Assembly: GCA_038087875.1 (NCBI GenBank)
Contig: CM075993.1
Location: forward strand, 8,682,001 to 8,746,000
DNA from: Malacoraja senta
Taxonomy: Eukaryota
Length of the DNA stretch: 64,000 bases
Reading direction: 5' to 3'
Shown piece by piece: positions 51,350 to 64,000 of the stretch (position 1 is its first letter; every line of letters starts with the position of its first letter). Below the pieces are notes generated by a model that saw only the letters and a program-made list of their open reading frames with translations, was not told the DNA's origin and did not search any database. Both the position numbers and the translations under genes were made by a program.

Positions 51350-51870
51350 GTGATCACTTGGAAAGGCAGGAATTAGTTAGAGACAACCAACATGGTTTCA
51401 TCAAGGGCAGATCCTACTTGATTCTTTGAAGAGGGAAAAAATATATCAATGAGTGCATGGCATTAGTTCGGACTTACAAGGTCTCTTACAAAACCTTTGA
51501 CAAGGCCCCACATGGGAGACTGGATCAGGAGTGGTTAGGACCTATGGGATCACAAGGTTAAGACTGATGGGATCCAGGACTGGATTAAATATTGGTTTGA
51601 CAATAGGAAACGGAGGGTGATGGTGGAAGATTGTTTTTGTGATTTGATGTCCATAACTAATGGTGTCCCACAAAGATAGGTGCTGGGACACTCGTTTGTA
51701 ATTTAGGAGAAATACTTGGATGCGAATGTGGGAAGCAAGGTCAGTAAGCACATGGATGAGATGAAGATTCAGTTATGAGGTGGGACTGAAGAAGCTGGGT
51801 CTTTGCTCCCTAGAGCTGGAGATTTAGAGGGGAGATGACTGAGGTGTACAAAAATATAATGGATATAGGT
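51350..51870 (+). mobile_element. Older, degenerate CR1 RT fragment
   Basis: QHGFIKGRS, FDKAPHGRL and GVPQ-like motifs. Confidence 0.65.
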
Positions 51871-51879
51871 TTCAGAAGA

Positions 51880-52715
51880 CAAAGACAAAGGACAAAGGAC
51901 ATTTATTATCACATACACCAATTGGTGTAGTGAAATTTAACTTGCCATTGCAGCACACTAATACAGATAAAGACACAACATCCAAGAATTTAACAATAAA
52001 CATAAAAACATCCCCCCACAATGGTTCCCACTGTGGGGGAAGGCAGCAAAGTCCAGTCCCCATCCCCAGTTCACCCATAGTCGGGGCCTATTGAGGCCTC
52101 TGCAGTCGCCGCTACGGCAGACCGATGCTTCAGGCCCTCTCGCCGGATGATGGAATTCTGGTGTCGGGTGAACACTCTCAGCGGCCCGGAGTGTCTGGAG
52201 CGGCCGCTCCCTCCCAGGAGACCACGGCTCCCGAAGTCCACAAGCCGCGCTGGTCGGAGCTCCGACTCTGGCGACCTCGTCGTGAGATCCCAGGCTCCGC
52301 GATGTTTAGGGTTCAGCGCCGCCTGCGGTTGGAAGTTTCGCAGACCGCAGACCGCAGCTCCGCGATGTTGGAGCCGGCGGTCACAGCACTCCTGCACGGC
52401 TGCCCGGGTTAGGCATCGCCCGCTCCGCGATGGTGCTTCAGCGCTGTGCCGCCGTCGAAGCTGAAGTCCTGGCCGGTCCCGGCAGGAAAACGCCGCTCCA
52501 GTCTGCCCGTACGCCGCGAGGAAGGGGCGAAGATACGGCTCGGAGAAAAGCCACAACTCCGACCAGGTAGGGATGAGAAAATAGTTTCCCCCTTCCACCC
52601 CCCCCACATAAAAAGACTAAAAGACCTCCAAAAACAAACACTTTTAACTAACTAAAAATAAAAAAAGGGTGAAAAGACTAACAGCTGCTGGCAGGGCAGC
52701 CATACTCGACGGCGC
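51880..52715 (-). mobile_element. GC-rich non-autonomous retroelement
   Basis: Same architecture as 38350-39040; (GACAAAG)n tail on the + strand. Confidence 0.55.
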
Positions 52716-54302
52716 CCCAGGTGGATCAAGCGCAGAGTGGCATATTGAAAGGTGTCCACTGGTGATTTTGGGCGTTGCGCCTGTTTCCTTCCTGCATGAT
52801 TCCATAATTTTTTGGATGGTCACAGCATTTATCACAGGAATAATTAAGAATCTTGGTACAAAAAGATTCTTGCATAAAAGTACACAACACATATCACATG
52901 TACTACTTTCTGTTCTTTCAGAAATGTTTTCAAGCTATTGCTTAGGCAACACTCAAGAAGTAGCTGGATGTAATTTAAAAAATAGTTCTGAGACATTTAT
53001 ACAAGAAGCTTACTGAAACCATTGTTCCAAAGCAGTGAAGCAAATATGCCACACAACCTAAATAATCTTTTAACCAAGAATTGTGTTAATAAGCAATAGT
53101 CTTAGATTATCTTTTGAGGCTGTACATCAAGTATATGAGATTTAATATACTTAAATAACAAATCTGATCTGAAAAATTGGTCGGCTGCAGTGTATTAGCT
53201 CAAAAAGTATGTGTAAACCACTGTAACCAGTGGTTATTAACTCATTTCGGGTTTGGCACCATGATTGATGCTAATGAGCTGAAAAGTGATGCAAGATGAT
53301 GAAGGATGAGTCAAGTCAATGTGTGGTAATCATTCTGAGGCAGTAAATTGTGGAATCCCAAACCAGAACTTCAGACCAAATTGCATGCCTAGTGCAAAAA
53401 TGGGAGACCACTGCACTGTTTTTATTGCTGAAAATGTAATGACCTTGCCGAATTTTAAACTCCAAAACAATATTGATACAAGATAAATTTATTACATAAA
53501 TCTGGTTAAAGGGGAGAGTTTAAGCCATCATCAATTTATCACTGAGTAATTTAGAGAGTAAGTACTTTGCACTGATCAACATGCTTTGCCCAAGTCCCTT
53601 ATGAGGATTTCAATAAACTAGTTAGGGCCTTGAACTCAAATGTCTGGAAAATAAAGATCGACCACAGAAAATGACCAAGTAGTTCTTTCCACCATAACAA
53701 ACATACATGCCCATTTTATACTCAATGAGAAGTAAAATATATAATGCACCAAGAATATAATGCTAGAGGAACTCATTGGGTCAGGGTTAGGGAAAATCTT
53801 TTTCTTTTTGTAGATGTTGCTTGATCCATTGAGTTCCTCCAGCAGCTTTTTTTAATCTCCAGATTCTAGAATCTGCAGTCTTTTCTGTCTATAATTTGTG
53901 CATCAGCTGCTGCATTCTGTGCCAAGGGTCAGGTATAAAAATACATGCTCACATATTCAAAACCTGGTACCTACCGGATTGGACAGAGACAAATAGTCAC
54001 TGAAGCAAAACACCCAATTATATATTTGTATATAGAGCAACTTGGAATATTACCCAAGTAATCGGTAGGAATTAACTCATTAATCATATTACTAAATGGG
54101 TTCACTGTGTTCAAGAAAATTTAATTTGTGCCTGTGACATTTAAAATCAGCCATCCACCATCTGCACAGGCTTACTGCTCTCCAGCTGAATTGAGCTATG
54201 CTAGTGTAACTGACATTTAACAATGTATAATACTGACTATTTATGAAAAAAATTCTACCAACAAGCAGCAATATTGTGAATTTGGATAATCAGTAAACTT
54301 AC

Positions 54303-54425
54303 CAATGCATGCCCGTCCATTTGATACCAACTCAAAGCCGGGTTTGCATATGCACTTGAAGCTACCATCTTCATTGATACACATTCCGTTCATGCACATG
54401 TTTCTCTGGGAGCACTCATCCTGGT
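54303..54425 (-). CDS. FBN1: Fibrillin exon, cbEGF5 (123 nt)
   Basis: (D)[40 protein letters not shown]; acceptor atttcag, donor gtaagt. Not in the ORF track. Confidence 0.94.
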
Positions 54426-55294
54426 CTGAAATATAATGTTAGAGTAGTAACCTGCATGCTTTATTTTCTAAAAGTTAATTTATTTCATAATGGTTAACAA
54501 TTATATAATTGAGGAGCATCTAGTAAACAATCACAAAATTATAAATTCAGAATTGCTGTGGAACACTCCAAGGAAAAAGCAAGTAAACTAAAATCAAAGC
54601 TTGGATGGCTACTTGTTTGAACACTAAATATTAAAATGCTTTTAAATTGGAGGTATAACAGTTATGGTGTTGGTTCATTCCTATGAGAAAAGCCGTGATG
54701 AAATTAAAGCAGATTTGCCTGCAGAACCAAATGACGAGCGAATTGAGCAGGAAAAAAAATATGACTGATGTCCAATCATTAACTCAAGCAAGAATCAGGC
54801 TGATTACAAAAAGGACGGGGGAAGTGTAGAGCAACTGACGCATACACGGAGTAAAGATCCAACAGGTTTATTGGCATATAATAAAGTTACACAGCATTTT
54901 GGCATCACTGTGTCTGCATCACAATTAGCAGCTTGTGTCAGGAGCCGTTAGTATGAATGGTGCCGGTATGATAAAAACCAGGACTGGATTATATATAATA
55001 GTGGTGTGTAGCATTTGTGTGTTAGTATTGGTTAACATATAAGTAGAGCAGATCTACAGGAAGGTACTTAAAAAAGGTTAGTTTTCAGCGGGAGAGTGCG
55101 GGAAGGTTAGAGAGAACAAATCATATCTTTCTGATTGAGTGTCATGAAGAGGTCAAGCTGTTGATCGTATAATGGGAGCAGTGAGAAATAGAAAAGTAAG
55201 AACAAAAGCTAACACAATGAGGGCAGTTAGAGAGTCAAACACAATCAAAGGAACAAAATCATTATAAAGTGGAGAATTAATATTTCCGACAAGG

Positions 55295-55642
55295 TGCTTC
55301 TTCCGAGCCGCAGTCACCTGCTCTGTCAACTTGGGGTTGCTGAATATCCCGCGGTCTAGGCATAAGCTCAGGGGCAATCGCGCCTTTGCGGTTGCAGCCC
55401 CTAGACTGTGGAACAGCATCCCCTTTCCCATCAGAACTGCCTCCTCCATCGACTCTTTTAAGTCAAGACTAAAAACTTATCTATACTCCCAAGCCTTTCC
55501 TGACGTCCTCTGAGTGAGGGCTACATGTATATATGTATGTAGTTTGTTTTGTTTATGCTATTCTTATAACAAATGTAAAGCACTTTAGCAAACAAGAGTT
55601 GTTTTTTAAATGTGCTATATAAATAAATGTGACTTGACTTGC
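55295..55642 (+). mobile_element. L2-like LINE 3' end
   Basis: GNRAFAVAAPRLWNSIP...FKSRLKTYL; tail ATAAATAAA plus (GACTT)n. Confidence 0.8.
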
Positions 55643-55644
55643 TC

Positions 55645-56370
55645 TGCATTTGGTTTCTTCAATGTTGAAGACAACACATCATGAGCACCGAAAAAGTATA
55701 CTGGATTGAAAGTGCAAATGAACACTGATTCACTTGAAAGGATGGTTTGTGTCATTGGATGATGTGAACTGAAGAGGTGAAAGAACAAGTGTTTCGCTTT
55801 CTGAAGTTTGTTAAGACAGAGGAGCAGACTAGGCAGTCACGAAGTGAACAAAATGTTAATAAGGGTAGGGAAAAGCCATCTGGTTGTGGGATTTTGTAGG
55901 AGCTGATAGAAATTGCGAAGGATGATCTGGTACATGCCTAGGATGCTGAGATAGAAAGTGAGAACCAGCGGAACGCTATCCTGCATTGTTCATGGGAGAA
56001 GGGGGTGAGGCATATATCAGAAATAGAAAACATATGATCATGGGTCTGTCATTATAGCTGGGTTGAAGCCTTGATTTTGAAGGAAAGACGATATTTCATT
56101 GGCACTTATGGGGAAAGTCTTACCACGGAAAAAAATGATGGAGACAGATAAACTGGAGAAGTGGGATGGAATTCTTGCTGGAAAGTATTGTGAGGAAGTA
56201 CAGTGCAGATAGCTGTGTGAATCTTTAGGCTTATAATGGATGTTTGACACTATCCGACCCTGTCAGATGGAGATACAGTGATCCAGAAACGAAAGACTCA
56301 GAGGTGGACCATCTGAAGATGAGAAAAGGTAGAAATTGGCAGCAAAAGTGATTAAATATTTGTTCACGAA
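55645..56370 (-). mobile_element. Old Penelope-like RT/endonuclease remnant
   Basis: IHYKPKDSHSYLHCTSS resembles the Penelope YxKPT...YL...SxH motif; GIY-YIG-like remnants at ~55680-55745. Confidence 0.55.
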
Positions 56371-57147
56371 GTGAATTGTTCACCTTTGACGTGGAGAGAG
56401 CAAATGGAGTTGAAGGAAAGGTTTTTCAATGGGAGACTAGTTTTAACCAAATGAATGTGTATGTTGGTGGAAGGCCTAAATGCAAGGAAGAAGTGGCCTT
56501 CAAAACATCCTGCAGTGACAATAACTCTAGGATGAAGTATTTTATTTATTTGGATAGACTGGGGGTGCTCTGCCATTCTCCTTGCAACAGGGGGGTGTAA
56601 GGAGATATCACAGAGGTATTTAGAATCAGGAAAGGCCAAGACAGAGAAGTTAATGGGAAATTATCCCCAGCAGCGACAGGGTCAAGACTCAGGGGAACAA
56701 AGATACAATGATTGGCAAGATAATCAAAAATGACATGATATTTTTATTTTTCCGCTCAGCAAATGATTACAGTTTGGAATGTACTGCTGTAAGGAATTGT
56801 GGGGGCAGATTCAAATATAATGTTCAAAAATGAACTAGACAAATATTTTAAATGGGAGAGGGGGATTTGCATTGTCACGAGGGCAAGATTTTGTTTACAT
56901 TGTATGGACTCAAATGAGCGAAAAGCCTTTTTCCATGTGGTAAACATGCTGTAACACTGAAACGTTACATGATTATTAATATCTTAAATTGAGATTACAC
57001 TTTTAACAGGTATTCATATAAAATGTATTAATTTACTCACTAGTTAAAAAAAATAAGTTCACAAAAATCTAAACAAAATTCATCATAAAATTCAAATATT
57101 ATATATTTTTATTTATATGATTTGTTGCATATTTCTACGCTACTTAC

Positions 57148-57273
57148 CCATGCAATTTTTCCCATCTGACGTGAGTTGAAATCCAGCATTACAAATACAG
57201 TGGAAACTGCCTTCTGTATTCACACAACGACCGTGGTTACATATCTGACCATTCTGAACACATTCATCAATAT
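57148..57273 (-). CDS. FBN1: Fibrillin exon, cbEGF4 (126 nt; equivalent to FBN1 coding exon 13)
   Basis: (D)[41 protein letters not shown]; acceptor tttgcag, donor gtaagt. Not in the ORF track. Confidence 0.94.
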
Positions 57274-57360
57274 CTGCAAATACAACAGAATCCATCAATT
57301 TAAATCACAGAAACAAACATCCTTCCGAATTTTATAGAGGACTGCTTTTAAGCAACTAGA

Positions 57361-57493
57361 GGGGTGGAAGATTGCAACCTTCACGTGGTCCACCCTGTTT
57401 CGACTAATGCAATCAACTCGACGTGCACAAACAGAAGATCAAATAGAACAAGTTGTCCCACAACTTTAGGCTGTGCACGCCACACGAAAGAAG
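57361..57493 (+). mobile_element. 133-bp retroposed insertion with (AAG)n tail and 11-bp TSD
   Basis: TSD AAGCAACTAGA at 57350-57360 and 57494-57504. Confidence 0.75.
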
Positions 57494-59226
57494 AAGCAAC
57501 TAGAAAATTATGTTGCATATAATCTCAGCTATTGCCATATACAGATTTATCATGTAACCAGTGTTTTAAAAATATTTAACTTGGAGTTTGGAATGGATGC
57601 TAACCAAATTATTATAGATAAGACATCAAATTTAACAACCTAGTCAATGTAGTTATTGAAATCCACATAAGGTACATTTAGCTATTTTGAAAAATGCAAA
57701 TTAGTCAGGCAGGAGTACTCCCAAACAATGCCATGCCGACTATCCTTGAATAATCCTTGTGTCTTTTCATACCATTGGTACCCAATTCATTTGAAAGTTA
57801 TGTTCATGCTCTTAAGTCCAACATTTCCAAATTAACTTGCACACACCGCTGTCAATCATTCACCAGCGATCCTATTGAAGTATTTCTTGCTAATATTCAT
57901 GACTGAATTGACTCCTTTCTGTTTCAAAGGGTAAAAGCACGATAGATCTAGGTGGGAGGCAGGTTTATAAAATTTGCAAATAATATGAAACACCAAAAAT
58001 GTAGTGGATAAGATGTGGACAGTTGTAGGATTATAGGATGTAGAAATGGGCAAAATTACTCATTCATAAATGATGCAATTTTGTGAACTGTGGATAAATA
58101 AATAAATTATTCATTTTAAACAAATCTGGCAAGGCAAATTGATAAAGTTGCTAAAAAGCATAAAGGTCACAGGCTTTATAAACAGCGCAACAATAGAAAC
58201 GATCATGCTGGAAATGTTGCTGTAGGTTTTGGGAGATTCGATTATAGGAGAAGTCAGAGTTATACAGTACAGAGTGGGCCCTTCAGCCCACAACATGCAT
58301 GCCAAGTTTTTTAACACATCAACACTAATTCCATTTGTCTGTTAAAGGACAGTATCCTTCTTTGTAATGTTTATTTAAATGTCCTAAACATCGTAATTAT
58401 ATCCGATCCCACTGCCTTCTATGGCAGCACGTTCCAGATATCAACTGCTTTGCTTAAAAAATGTTCCCCTAAGATCCCTTGTAACTCTCCTATCTCTTAC
58501 CTTAAAACTATGCCTCACTGTCATCAAGTACACCTATCACATCATCCCTTGCCCCCATTTCAGCCAGCATCTGTTGGTGCCGCTCCTACTAGCTTATAGA
58601 GACTGAAGCCGAAGCACCAATGAAGAAAATAATACTGCAGTGGTCTGTGGAGGCTAACGGTCTACTTTTGACTGCCTTGAATTGGTAGACTGGACCATGT
58701 TCAAGACCACCTCAACCAGCCATTTGCATCAAGAAATGTGTTGATGACTATTCCAACAAAGACAATTAGAGTCTACCCTAACCAGATACGTTACTTGAAC
58801 AGGGAGATTTATTCTCTACTCAACTCCCGATCCGATGCTTTCAAAAGAGATGACCTTGTACTGTACGAGAAGGTTAAGTATGATATCTGTAAGGCTATCA
58901 GGGATGCCAAGAGAGAATTTCAGAACAAACTACAAGCTCAATTCAATCAAGCAGATGCTTGGTGACAGTGGCAGGGGCTGAATATTATCAAAGACTACAA
59001 ACTGAAAATAGGAGTGTAACAAAAGGATGTAATTAATCAGAAGGAACTCAGATGCTGGTTTACACTGAAGGTGTATACAAAATGCTGGAATGACTTCAGA
59101 CTGAAGAAGAGTCAAGAGTGTTTTATTGTCATATGTCCCAGATAGAACAATGACATTCTTACTTGCTGCAGCACAACAGAATATGCAAACACAGTATGAT
59201 ATGACAAATGAGAGAAAAGAAAAGCT

Positions 59227-59228
<2 letters not shown>

Positions 59229-59278
<50 letters not shown>

Positions 59279-59325
59279 CACACACACACTCACAGCATAC
59301 CCATTTTTATTATATATATATATAT

Positions 59326-59356
<31 letters not shown>

Positions 59357-59368
59357 CATATATATATA
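59229..59368. repeat. Compound (GT)/(AT)/(AC) microsatellite
   Basis: Directly visible. Confidence 0.95.
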
Positions 59369-60324
59369 ATCCCTTTTGTTTTTGATACACAAACCAAGGG
59401 AAAAAGATTTTGACCATCTATTCTATGTCTCTCATAATCTTATATACTTCTCTCAGGTCACCCCTCAGCCTCCTTTACTCCACGCAAACTCAAATGCCAA
59501 TCCTTCTGTAATTAACCAACAAACAAGGCTAACTATTTTTTAATCAATTCTTGAATTCAATTCAATACTTTTCAATTTCCATGAACGCACTTAAAGCAGG
59601 GAGTTTTTCACATTGATCAATATTAATTGCCTTCATAAAATCCATCTGAATAATATCCATTTTCTATCCTTTATCCATAATGAGTACACATTTAAAAAGC
59701 AATAAATGATGTGTCAAACATGACTTCCCATTCTTACAGCAGCTTGGCTACCTGCCAGCAAAAAATGATTTTCAGAATATTCCTTGACTACTATTAGAAG
59801 CAATTTGTGTGAAACAATTAGGCCTATAATTAGCATTTTAGGCTTTATTCGCATCAAATTATGCTTATTTTTCAAAAGTCATTGAGGTGTTAATATCAGT
59901 CTCAATTTTCAAAATGCCGATGGAAAGCATAAATTAACAGAATTATTACAAATCTGAAAGGATATTATTTAAATTACTTAAGGATATTTCTTTCCCAGAA
60001 TGTCAGAAACAGAAGCTGGTGCATACTCATACTTACTCCACCATTCAATAAGATCATGACTGATCCAACACCAATTTTCAGCACTAACCCCAGAACTGAT
60101 TCTGTTAATGTCACGAAATCTATCAATCCTTATTCAGAACTCACTTCGCGACTGACCAATCGTACCTTTCTGCGATAGTAAATTCCAAAGATTAACAATC
60201 CTCTGGTAAAAATATTTTGAATATCTGGCTTCCTACTTTGCAACTATGACCCCCTGGTTGTAGATTTTCCAATTAAAGGACACAGAAAGTCCATATCTAC
60301 CTTCTTAAGCCTTTAGGAATTGCA

Positions 60325-62086
60325 CAGTGCCCTCCATAATGTTTGGGACAAAGACCCATCATTTATTTACTTGCCTCTGTACTCCCCAATTTGATATTTG
60401 TAATAGAAAAAATCAAATGTGGTTAAGGTGCACATTGTCAGATTTTATTAAAGGCCATTTTATATATTTTGGGTTCACCATGTAGAAATTACAGTTGTGT
60501 TTATACATAGTCTCCCCCATTTCAGGGCACCATAATGTTTGGGACACATGGCTTCACAGGTGTTTGTAATTGCTCAGGTGTGTTTAATTGCCTCCTTAAT
60601 GCAGGTATAAGAGAGCCATCAGTACCTAGTCTTTCCTCCAGTCTTTCCATCACCTTTGGAAATTTGTATTGCTGTTTATCAACATGAATACCAAAGTTGT
60701 GCCAATGAAAGTCAAGGAAGCCATTATGAGAAACAAGAATAAAACTGTTAGAGACATCAGCCAAACCTTTGGCTTACTAAAATCAACTGTTTGGAACATC
60801 ATTAAGAAGAAACAGAGCACTGGTGAGCTTACTAATCGCAAAGGGACTGGCAGGCCAAGGAGCTCCACAGCTGATGACAGAATAATTCTCTCTATAATAA
60901 AGAAAAATCCCCAAACACCTGTCTGACAGATCAGAAACACTCTTCAGGAGTCAGGTGTGGATTTATCAATGACCACTGTCCACAGAAGACTTCATGGACA
61001 GAAATACAAAGGCTACACTGTAAGATGCAAACCACTGGTTAGCCGCAAAAAAAGGATGGCCATGTTACAGTTTGCCAAGATGTGCTTATAAGACCTGGAA
61101 AAAGGTCTTGTGGACAGATGAGATGAAGAATAACTTATATCAGAGTGATGGCAAGAGCAAAGTATGAAGGTGAGAAGGAACTGCCCAAGATCCAAAGCAT
61201 ACCACCTCATCTGTGAAACACGCTGGTGGGGGTATTATGGCCTGGGCATGTATGGCTACTGAAGGTACTGGCTCACTTATGTTCATTGATGATACAACTG
61301 CCGATGGTAGTAGCATAATGAATTCTGAAGTGTATAGACACATCCAATCTGCTCAAGTTCAAACAAATGTCTCAAAACTCATTGGCCGGCGTTTCATTCT
61401 ACAGCAAGCAAATGATCCCAAACATACTGCTAAAGCAACAAAGGAGTTTTTCCAAAGCTAAAAAATGGTCAATTCTTGAGTGGTCAAGTCAATCACCCAA
61501 TCTGAACCCAATTGAGCATGCCTTTTGTATGCTAAAGAGAAAACTGAAGGGGACTAGCTCCCAAAACAAGCATAGCTGCAATACAGGCCTGGCAGAGCAC
61601 CACCAGAGAAGACACCCAGCAAATGGTGATGTCCATGAATAGCAGACTTCAAGCAGTCATTGCATGCAAAGGATATGCAACAAAATACTAAACATGATTA
61701 CATTCATTTACATGACATTGCTGTGTCCCAAACATTGTGGTGCCCTGAAATGGGGAGACTTCATCAGTCTGAAGGGTCTCGACCCAAAACGTCGCCAATT
61801 CCTTCTCTCCGTAGATTCTGCCTCAACCGCTGAGTTTCTCCAACATTTTGTGTCTACCTTTGATTTTACCAGCATCTGCAGTTCTTTCTTAAACAGACTA
61901 TATATAAATACTGATGTAATTTCTACATGGTGAAACCAAAATGTATAAAAATGACCTTTATTAAAATCTGACAATGTGCACTTTAACCACATGTGATTAT
62001 TTTTCTATTACAAATCTCAAATTGTCGAGTACAGAGGCAAATAAATAAATTATGGATCTTTGTCCCAAACATTATGGAGGGCACTG
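60325..62086 (+). mobile_element. Tc1/mariner DNA transposon of IR/DR type, degenerate transposase
   Basis: Termini CAGTGCCCTCCATAATGTTTGGGACA / TGTCCCAAACATTATGGAGGGCACTG|TA, ~220-bp TIRs with an inner direct repeat (~60525-60546). Remnants of HTH, GRPR, WTDE, QQANDPKH and SPNLNPIE. The right TIR is interrupted by a Penelope-derived insertion (~61761-61893). Confidence 0.92.
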
Positions 62087-62449
62087 TACATGTTTCAGTA
62101 AGAACACTTTTCATTCTTATAAAGTTAAGATGGCATTGATTAACCTTTTCTCATATGACAAAGGCACGGACCCAGGAATTAATCTGGTGAGCTTCAGTTG
62201 AATTCCTTCTACCATAGGTATATTTCTCGAATATGGAAAACTAGACCAATGCACAACATACCACATGCAATCTCACCAAGTGTCCAATACAAGTGAAGCA
62301 AGATATCCCTACTCTGATACACAAATCCTATTGCAATAGGTCAACTTATCACTCACCATTCTAACTGTTTGTTATATCTGCATAATAACATCTTGCAATT
62401 CTGATAGAAGGACACCCAGGTATCTGTAAACATTTGAATCTATCCAGTC

Positions 62450-62820
62450 ATTTTCATTCAGTAATCAGAAAAACACCTGGGAACGAGCTGTTTTTGAATC
62501 TGGTGGAATGTGGTTTCAAGCTTTGGTATCTTCTATCTGATGGGAGAGGAAAGAGGAAATGACCACGGTATAAGTGATCCTTGTTTATGTTGGCCGCTTC
62601 TCTTGTAGCCATGGGCAGGGCAGTTGCTAAACCAAGTTGTGAGTCATTGTAGAATTTTCTTAGTCTTCTGAGGAAGTAGAGATGTTGGTGCAATTGTTTT
62701 GGCCGTGGCATCAATATGATCAGAATAGGACAAGTTATTGGTGATTTTGAAACCCAGAAACATGTCCACCTCCATTTCAGCATCTTTGATAGTGACTGGG
62801 GCATGTACAAAAATCCTGAA
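62450..62820 (-). mobile_element. Degenerate Rex1/Babar-like fragment
   Basis: HLYFLRRLRKF...LPSDRRYQSL...RFKNSSFP. Confidence 0.65.
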
Positions 62821-63007
62821 AAAATTAACCCATTGGATGTCCTTGCCATCTAGAACTAAACCTGATCAGCTTAATTCAATCCAGGACCCTTACCTGTGTG
62901 GATCCACATTAAAGTATAACCAGTTAAAATTACTGCTGGTTAAGGGATACGATAGAACTTTATTCATCCCCGGAGGGAAATTGTTCTGCCAACAGTCACA
63001 ACATACA

Positions 63008-64000
63008 ATAGACAATAGGTGCAGGAGTAGGCCATTCGAGCCAGCACCGCCATTCAATGTGAACATGGCTGATCATCCCCAATCAGTACCCCGTTCCTGC
63101 CTTCTCCCCATATCCCCTGACTCCGCTATTTTTAAGAGCCCAATCTAGCTCTCTCTTAAAAGCATCCAGAGAACCTGCCTCCACCGCCCTCTGAGGCAGA
63201 GAATTCCACAGACTCGCCACTCTCTGTGAGAAAGTGTTTTCTCGTCTCTGTTCTAAATGGCTTACTCCTTATTCTTAAACTGTGGCCCCTGGTTTTGGAC
63301 TCCCTCAACATCGGGAACATGTTTCCTGCCTTTAGCGTGTCCAAGCCCTTAACAATCTTACATGTTTCAATGAGATCCCCTCTCATCCTTCTAAACTCCA
63401 GAGTGTACAAGTCCAGCTGCTCCATTCTCTCAGCATATGACAGTCCCGCCATCCCGGGAATTAACCTTGTAAACCTACGCTGCACTCCCTCAATAGCAAG
63501 AATGTCCTTCCTCAAATTAGGGGACCAAAGCTGCACACAATACTCCATTAGGGCTCTGTACAACTGCAGAAGGACCTCTTTGCTCCTATATTTGATTCCT
63601 CTTGTTATATAGGCCAACATGCCATTCACTTTCTTCACTGCTTGCTTTACCTGCATGCTTACTTTCATAGACTGATGTACAAGGACCCCCAGATCCCGTT
63701 GTACTTCCCCTTTTCCCAACTTGACGCCATTTAGATAGTAATCTGCCTTCCTGTTTTTGCTACCAAAGTGGATAACCTCACATTTATCCGCATTAAACTT
63801 CATCTGCCATGCATCTGCTCACTCTCCCAACCTGTCCAAGTCACCCTGCATTCTCATAGCATCCTCCTCACAGTTCACACTGCAACCCAGCTTTGTGTCA
63901 TCTGCAAATTTGCTAATGTTACTTTGAATCCCTTCATCCAAATCATTGATGTATATTGTAAATAGCTGCAGTCTCAGCATCGAGCCTTGCGGTACAAGAT
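63008..64000 (-). mobile_element. Young CR1 LINE 3' part, runs off the window
   Basis: ORF 63156..63803 is near-identical to the 24542..25720 copy and the element retains KFADDTKL. Confidence 0.92.

Overview
Vertebrate genomic DNA. The repeat families and gene structure suggest a cartilaginous fish (skate/ray-like); this is an inference. Two host genes converge across a 200-N gap (18266-18465). On the + strand is a cortexin gene (CTXN2-like, CDS 16502-16747) downstream of a CpG island embedded in purine/pyrimidine tracts. On the - strand are nine consecutive GT-AG, phase-1 exons of a fibrillin (most like FBN1; cbEGF4 to hybrid-2) between 57273 and 19910. The remaining ~40 3' fibrillin exons are not seen. 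Most of the rest is transposon-derived: the 3' end of a DIRS tyrosine-recombinase retrotransposon, a non-autonomous Helitron, a Tx1 fragment, many CR1, Rex/Babar and L2 fragments, tRNA-SINEs, an IR/DR Tc1 element and a near-complete Gypsy element. The Gypsy sits in a nested stack (CR1 > TIR DNA transposon, probably Academ-like > GC-rich retroelement > Gypsy). The most notable signal is a family of short, TSD-flanked, Penelope-derived insertions carrying a minimal hammerhead-ribozyme motif (CUGAAGA-A-stem II-GAAACGUH), with one intact core at 15947-15983 (-) and a Penelope GIY-YIG parent fragment at 18785-19650.
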